DNA of 64,000 bases from a phage. Under the pieces are notes generated by a model that worked only from the letters and a program-made list of their open reading frames with translations, ran no database searches and was not told the DNA's origin. The translations under genes and the position numbers were made by a program. Position 1 is the stretch's first letter; each line of letters starts with the position of its first letter. The DNA lies in the NCBI GenBank assembly GCA_025823825.1, contig GCA_025823825.1_4720.1; one strand, given 5' to 3'. Positions 57,443 to 64,000 of this stretch are shown piece by piece.

Positions 57443-58114
57443 TTAAGACGTTGCCATCTTATCTTCCAGAGACTTCTTCGGTAAACCATGGATAACTCCT
57501 TCCGGGGTTAAGAACACACAGTCTGGATTCTGCGTTCGTGAACGGTCGTCTGGACTGTTCAACGAAAACAGCAATGCAGAAATACCTTTTGTCCGATTTA
57601 ACGTTGCGACGATCACATCAAGCTGTCGTAGCGCATCCGATACCGTTCGATGAGGAACGATTCGCGACTGTTTGAAGCTGGCTAACCGCCAAGTCTCGAA
57701 CAAACAACGCAGTTTAAACACGTCGGACGGAATAGCTGTAGATCCCTGTTCGATAACCTCAACCCGATCAGCTTCAGGATAACCTACAGCAACCGCACTA
57801 AAGTGTCTTACCCCATTATGAAAATCATCGATAGACGCTTCAGCGTATTTACATACCGTACCAGAAACGACCATCACTTTTGCTAAACCGCGATAATTGA
57901 TCGTTAACGGAATACGAAATACGCGTAAAGCATGTTCCGGATTTAATGAGACGTCATTCACTTTCGCAGATACCAGCGCACCTCGTTCATATCGAGCTTT
58001 GAACGGCAGCCCATTATAAACGGGATTGATCACAACGCCCCCTGGGGAGGCGTTAGCGTTAAGATGAGTGTTAAGCCAATCGGATACTTCCTGTCTGCTG
58101 GTTACGATTAACAT
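57443..58114 (-). CDS. hypothetical protein (224 aa from internal ATG)
   Basis: Internal ATG (MLIVTSRQ) has GGAGGA with 7-nt spacing; alternatives at 58129 and 58147. Confidence 0.6.
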   Translation of the reverse strand: MLIVTSRQEVSDWLNTHLNANASPGGVVINPVYNGLPFKARYERGALVSAKVNDVSLNPEHALRVFRIPLTINYRGLAKVMVVSGTVCKYAEASIDDFHNGVRHFSAVAVGYPEADRVEVIEQGSTAIPSDVFKLRCLFETWRLASFKQSRIVPHRTVSDALRQLDVIVATLNRTKGISALLFSLNSPDDRSRTQNPDCVFLTPEGVIHGLPKKSLEDKMATS

Positions 58115-58139
58115 AAAACGGTCCTCCATTTCTTTTCCT

Positions 58140-58790
58140 TCATTCATGACGCATATCTTCCAAATCATCCTTTTGTTTTGTAAATTCTGATTGCTTGCGA
58201 TAAACCGCCCATGCGTCGTATATACCGTTAAAAGTCAAATGACGCGCATTTAAGTTCACGGTGAATTCTTCCACAGAGGCAAAATCCGAACGAAGCATCG
58301 AATGGAAGGTGTCATCTCCAGTGCAGCCTCCGTACCCTTCGCCCTGATAAACCAAAAGCTGGTGGGGTTGGATACGTGCGGCAACCAACGCCGCTTGTGA
58401 TTCGTGGTAAGGTGGCCACGACAGTAGAATAACGTCGTACTGTGAAAGATCGATGTTTGTGTAGTCCGCTTGCTGGATATCATCAATAAACGGATGGGGG
58501 TGTATTGCGATGTCGTACGCGGTAATATCCTCAACACCAAGTTTACGTAACACGTAAGTCAGGTAACCTGTCCCACAACCCAAGTCAGCGATGCGTCGCC
58601 CGTAACAGATGTTCGCTAACTGGAGCGCGGTATCCATGGTTAACAACGACCATCCAACATGCTGGGTATATTCTTCACGGACAATCCATTGTTGATGGTG
58701 CGTCATCGGTTCTAAGATAGCAGCAAGCTGCTGGTACGGCAACGGCATTTTGGTTTCGCCTTGCGTGAGTAATGCAATAACATCGTTCAT
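58140..58790 (-). CDS. class I SAM-dependent methyltransferase (217 aa from internal ATG), possible amino-methyltransferase
   Basis: Motif I IADLGCGTGYL, acidic AYDI after it, then DVILLSWPPYHE resembling the xPPY catalytic motif; internal ATG with AAAGGA RBS; the track N-terminal extension is a translated intergenic hairpin. Confidence 0.65.
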   Translation of the reverse strand: MNDVIALLTQGETKMPLPYQQLAAILEPMTHHQQWIVREEYTQHVGWSLLTMDTALQLANICYGRRIADLGCGTGYLTYVLRKLGVEDITAYDIAIHPHPFIDDIQQADYTNIDLSQYDVILLSWPPYHESQAALVAARIQPHQLLVYQGEGYGGCTGDDTFHSMLRSDFASVEEFTVNLNARHLTFNGIYDAWAVYRKQSEFTKQKDDLEDMRHE

Positions 58791-58814
58791 TCTGTTTCCT
58801 TTTATCGGCATAAG

Positions 58815-58833
58815 CCCTCCCATGCCGGGAGGG
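58815..58833. repeat. GC-rich intergenic hairpin (CCCTCCC-ATGCC-GGGAGGG)
   Basis: 7-bp stem flanked by CGGCATAAG, between 58839-59267 and the methyltransferase start. Confidence 0.45.
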
Positions 58834-58838
58834 TACAA

Positions 58839-59267
58839 TTATTCATTTTCAATAACTTTAAGATTCGGTGTACCAAGCGTTTTCTTCACCAACGCTTCGG
58901 CAACACGTTTCTCGATGAAATCGGTCGCATTGCTTCCGTCTATCGTACGCATGTCGCCACGGAAGTTATTGAAGACCATAAACAAGTCACAACCGTCGAT
59001 AGGTATCGCAAGATCATAACTGACTTGTGATGCCGTGAAATGGACACCCACGACAACGGCGGGAACGAATTTAACCGCTGTGTTATCTCCTTCTTCTCCG
59101 GTTCCGAACGGAAGCTCAACACGATCACCGATAGAGAACTGTGAGACATCATTAATCGCGTGAGTTAGTGCGATTCGTTGCATGTCGGCGATCTTTTCCT
59201 TATTCGCGTCGCAAGGTAGGTCCAAGACTTCTTCCAACGTGAAGAATTTACGATCGAACCAGCTCAT
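58839..59267 (-). CDS. hypothetical protein (142 aa)
   Basis: ATG with AAAGGAG RBS. Confidence 0.65.
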   Translation of the reverse strand: MSWFDRKFFTLEEVLDLPCDANKEKIADMQRIALTHAINDVSQFSIGDRVELPFGTGEEGDNTAVKFVPAVVVGVHFTASQVSYDLAIPIDGCDLFMVFNNFRGDMRTIDGSNATDFIEKRVAEALVKKTLGTPNLKVIENE

Positions 59268-59268
59268 G

Positions 59269-59802
59269 TTAAGCTCCTTTGTGTTTTACGGACGATGTTA
59301 ACCAGGACGATCTTACCGTGAAACCCTCAGACTCGTAGAACGCCTGGGCTTCATCATTGTCGGCGCGAACATCCAGACCGATAGAATGGCCACCGCACTG
59401 GTAAGCGATGTTGCGCGCCTCATTCATCAAGGCATGGCCGATCCCGCGTCCGCGATATTCGGGTTTTACAATAATCGATGTAACGTCATGAATGCCCATA
59501 TGGCTCTCTGTATTCACTTCCAAGAGGCCTACCGGCATCGAAGCGATAGCATCGATCATAACGACCAACATTGCAGTATCTGGTAAACGCTTTTCTAATT
59601 CTAAAGCATCGTACTCGCGTTTTAAATCGGGGATATTCTCAAACATAAACGTGGTAGCCCATGCCTCTGATTCTACATCGTCGAGAATACGGTACAGCTC
59701 ACGAATCTGTCGTTTATGTGGGTAAAGGTGTGGATCGGCAGCCGTTGAGGCGATAACGCAATAGAACGGTCGTTCATTAATAACTACTGTTTTGATGCTC
59801 AT
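59269..59802 (-). CDS. GNAT-family N-acetyltransferase (177 aa)
   Basis: Acetyl-CoA binding motif VKPEYRGRGIGHALM and C-terminal AQAFYESEGF; ATGA overlap with upstream gene. Confidence 0.8.
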   Translation of the reverse strand: MSIKTVVINERPFYCVIASTAADPHLYPHKRQIRELYRILDDVESEAWATTFMFENIPDLKREYDALELEKRLPDTAMLVVMIDAIASMPVGLLEVNTESHMGIHDVTSIIVKPEYRGRGIGHALMNEARNIAYQCGGHSIGLDVRADNDEAQAFYESEGFTVRSSWLTSSVKHKGA

Positions 59803-60305
59803 GCTAAAATTCCCTCATTACCTAACAGTCGATTACGATGACGTCGGTACATTTGACAAAGTGTTGTGATTTGATAATGTTTGTTATAACGTAATTCGAT
59901 ACGTTTTTGCACCTCTTTCCATGAAAGTTTATCGTATTGCCGATAACGATGGATTTCATTTAACATACGAAGACGAGTAGGATCGGTGTTCTTTATCGTC
60001 GTGAGCTTCACACGTTGATATCCACGCTGTAGTCCCGATTCGGAATACGTGACGTCAAACTCATCTTGAATGATGGTAATGATCTCCCGCCACCGACGGT
60101 TCTCGCCGTCACGTAAATGGACAACCCGCGATAAGATATCGTTCCGATTACGATGACTCAGTTTAATGTTAAGCATTGAAGCAATCGCGCTAATTGCTCT
60201 CTGACTCCGTCCTAACGCTTCACCTATTTCTTTCGATGTCATGACGCCCGCGTTTCGGCGTATGAATGCGATTTCGGTTGTTGTGTATTCTTTACCTGCT
60301 GCCAT
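59799..60305 (-). CDS. Myb/SANT-like helix-turn-helix repeat protein, array member A (168 aa)
   Basis: EIGEALGRSQRAISAIASML and W-containing repeats (WREIITIIQDEF, WKEVQKRIELRY) shared with the next five genes. Confidence 0.7.
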   Translation of the reverse strand: MAAGKEYTTTEIAFIRRNAGVMTSKEIGEALGRSQRAISAIASMLNIKLSHRNRNDILSRVVHLRDGENRRWREIITIIQDEFDVTYSESGLQRGYQRVKLTTIKNTDPTRLRMLNEIHRYRQYDKLSWKEVQKRIELRYNKHYQITTLCQMYRRHRNRLLGNEGILA

Positions 60306-60769
60306 TTCTTACCACGTGTGTTATAATAGTAACGCTGACAAAGATGTGTGTGATGATACTCCCGTTTGAACTCGACGCTGATAATGCGAGCAACTTCTCT
60401 CCAGTTAACTCCTTCATGCCGAAGTGCTGTAATACGGTCTGAAATTTTGCACCATTCATCTGGATCGTATCGTCGTAGTTTGAGTCGTCGTATTACGGAG
60501 GCGACACTCGCTCTCGATCGACCAAGATGATTTGACAGTTGTTTAACCGAGTATCTGTGGATATTGTCACGAATATAGGAAATCTCGTTGTCCGTATATG
60601 CCTCATTGGTTCTCGACGAAGGGAACAGCATATACAACTTATTCTTAATCGCGCTTTCTGTGCGTTGAAATACAGAAGCCAGCTCACTAACCGGTGGTCT
60701 GGGTATCTGGTCCGCGTAATACTCGAGGCGCGAGAGTTCCTCATCTGTCCAGCGACGACACTTGCGCAT
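60239..60769 (-). CDS. Myb/SANT-like HTH repeat protein, array member B (176 aa from internal ATG)
   Basis: Internal ATG (MRKCRRWTDEELSRL) with AAGGAG 7 nt upstream; QLSNHLGRSRASVASVIRRL; WREVARIISVEF. Confidence 0.7.
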   Translation of the reverse strand: MRKCRRWTDEELSRLEYYADQIPRPPVSELASVFQRTESAIKNKLYMLFPSSRTNEAYTDNEISYIRDNIHRYSVKQLSNHLGRSRASVASVIRRLKLRRYDPDEWCKISDRITALRHEGVNWREVARIISVEFKREYHHTHLCQRYYYNTRGKKWQQVKNTQQPKSHSYAETRAS

Positions 60770-61244
60770 GGGCAACTCCTTTGTTTTTCGTGTAGTAACA
60801 CCAACGTTGATACAACGCATGTTTATTCGTTGTAATCCCAAATTTAACAACAACGTCGTATGTGATAACATTCCAATTTTGGGTAACGTTAAGTCGTTCC
60901 GCGATAAACGCGATAATCGCTTCCCGTTCTTGCTTGGTTAGCGCACGACGAATTCTATTAAGCCGTATAAACTGACGAACCGAGTCATACGAACGGTTTA
61001 AATCGTACGCAATCTCCCTCAGCGATTTTTGTTTGATTACCGACTTGATGTACGCGCGTTCTTCTTCCGTATACGGTCGATGCTTTTGACGTTGACGTAT
61101 TCCCAAACGTCCCAGACGCGCGTCGATGCTGGCGCGTGTTCGTCCTGTCCGTTGTGCGATTTCATCAATCGTCAGCGACGTGTTCAAATACAGGTGTGTA
61201 ACATCTTTTAACTCATCGTCACACCACGGCCGAGGTCGTCCCAT
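60741..61244 (-). CDS. Myb/SANT-like HTH repeat protein, array member C (167 aa)
   Basis: PWCDDELKD...IDEIAQRTGRTRASIDARLGRL; WNVITYDVVVKF; GAGGGA RBS. Confidence 0.75.
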   Translation of the reverse strand: MGRPRPWCDDELKDVTHLYLNTSLTIDEIAQRTGRTRASIDARLGRLGIRQRQKHRPYTEEERAYIKSVIKQKSLREIAYDLNRSYDSVRQFIRLNRIRRALTKQEREAIIAFIAERLNVTQNWNVITYDVVVKFGITTNKHALYQRWCYYTKNKGVAHAQVSSLDR

Positions 61245-61722
61245 CTTGTATCCCTCTTTTCTTTCTATGATGCCACCAACGCTGATAGACAGCTTGCTTC
61301 GTACGTGTTATGCCAAAATGCGCATTAACCCGTTCAGCAATGTGGTGCCAATCCTGTGTTTCTTCCAACAATGTATCAACGAAGGCTATGAAGATCTTAG
61401 TATCATCCTCACTTAACCGCTTGAAACCATGACGGTGTGCTATCGTTCTAATACTGTTTGGATCTCTGTTTAAATCGCGTGCGAGTTGTTTGTAACTTTT
61501 GTGTTTGCAGTGCACTCTGATGTATTCCAACTCATCGACACTGAAACGTTTATGCGGTTTACGACGTTCAACATTTAAGTACCTCAACCTAGATTCGATT
61601 GCCCCATACGTCGTTTCCATGATTTCCGCGATTTCACGGATTTTTAATTTCGGATGGCGGTGGTACAATTTCAGCAACTGTTCATCGTCCTTACGATTCC
61701 ATCGTCGTACTGGAGGTTTCAC
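61219..61722 (-). CDS. Myb/SANT-like HTH repeat protein, array member D (167 aa, GTG start)
   Basis: GTG preceded by AGGAGA; RWNRKDDEQLLKLY...IREIAEIMETTYGAIESRLRYL; WHHIAERVNAHF. Confidence 0.7.
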   Translation of the reverse strand: MKPPVRRWNRKDDEQLLKLYHRHPKLKIREIAEIMETTYGAIESRLRYLNVERRKPHKRFSVDELEYIRVHCKHKSYKQLARDLNRDPNSIRTIAHRHGFKRLSEDDTKIFIAFVDTLLEETQDWHHIAERVNAHFGITRTKQAVYQRWWHHRKKRGIQDGTTSAVV

Positions 61723-61735
61723 AACGAGATTTCTC

Positions 61736-62203
61736 CTATTCTACGCGTTTTAATGCTTGAGTGTAGTAGAGGGCATGAACACCGCTTAACGTGTAATGGG
61801 TGTTAAATTCGTTATTGATGATATTCTGTATTCTCTCCCAGGTTTTCTTCTCTTTTCTAAGAGTATGTATTCGGTGATAGATCATCTCTCGACGTTGCGC
61901 TTTGCACGCGATAATACCGTAGCGGTAGCAGAGTTTAGCGATCGCATCCACGCTACGATTGAACATTACCGCGGCTTCTTTCACGCTGTGCGTCTTGAGA
62001 TAATCGGCTAACATCACGCGTTCTTCGAAACAACAATAGCGGTGACGCGACGTGAGTTTCCAGCGCTTGCGATTACGGTTAATTCGACCTTGAACCGAAC
62101 CTTCCGTTCGGCCAAGTCGTACCGCAATCTCTTGCATCGGTATACCGTTTCGGTACAGGGTAATCAACATCGCATCTTCTTCGGGTGTCCAGTCCTTGAC
62201 CAT
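61736..62203 (-). CDS. Myb/SANT-like HTH repeat protein, array member E (155 aa)
   Basis: DWTPEEDAMLITLYRNGIPMQEIAVRLGRTEGSVQGRINRNRKRW closely follows the Myb repeat pattern (WTxEED ... W); WERIQNIINNEF. Confidence 0.75.
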   Translation of the reverse strand: MVKDWTPEEDAMLITLYRNGIPMQEIAVRLGRTEGSVQGRINRNRKRWKLTSRHRYCCFEERVMLADYLKTHSVKEAAVMFNRSVDAIAKLCYRYGIIACKAQRREMIYHRIHTLRKEKKTWERIQNIINNEFNTHYTLSGVHALYYTQALKRVE

Positions 62204-62215
62204 AATGCCACCCCA

Positions 62216-64000
<1,785 letters not shown>

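Noticed and set aside
58791-58838. N-terminal extension of the methyltransferase ORF (MYPPGMGGLMPIKGNR)
   Set aside because: Track start is a TTG and the extension is a translation of the intergenic GC hairpin; the internal ATG at 58790 has a proper AAAGGA RBS.

Overview
Dense, almost gap-free coding window (about 70 protein genes, mostly on the minus strand, GC roughly mid-40s % by eye) that reads as part of a large virulent tailed-phage genome of a Gram-negative host, not a bacterial chromosome. Genes carry AAGGAG/GGAGG Shine-Dalgarno sites and frequent ATGA start/stop overlaps. Layout: (1) 1-24360, a block of large co-oriented genes of unknown function (likely virion/morphogenesis by context), including a tandem paralog family with acidic N-termini, a two-gene plus-strand island and an HExxH peptidase-like membrane protein; (2) 24582-26333, the N-terminal exonuclease/motif-A part of a family B DNA polymerase, with the rest of the polymerase absent from the window; (3) 26433-34692, small accessory genes including two tandem paralog families; (4) 34789-37877, plus-strand genes ending in a macro-domain protein; (5) 37943-49862, a receptor-binding module: three proteins sharing one N-terminal anchor domain, a P2 gpH-like repeat tail fiber, an out-of-frame S74-type chaperone domain, a lipoprotein and two paralogs; (6) 50139-55201, lysis-like cassette (SleB-type cell wall hydrolase, holin-like and secreted proteins); (7) 55310-59802, unknowns plus a SAM methyltransferase and a GNAT acetyltransferase; (8) 59799-62563, six tandem paralogous Myb/SANT-like HTH genes; (9) 62529-64000, NAD-dependent DNA ligase running off the window edge. 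A GC-rich hairpin element with a conserved loop recurs in intergenic gaps. No rRNA, tRNA, CRISPR array, integrase or transposase was seen. All functional calls come from motif reading without database searches. The ORF track translates TTG/GTG starts as M, so several starts were moved to an internal ATG with a ribosome-binding site; hand-read coordinates of non-coding elements may be off by 1-2 nt.
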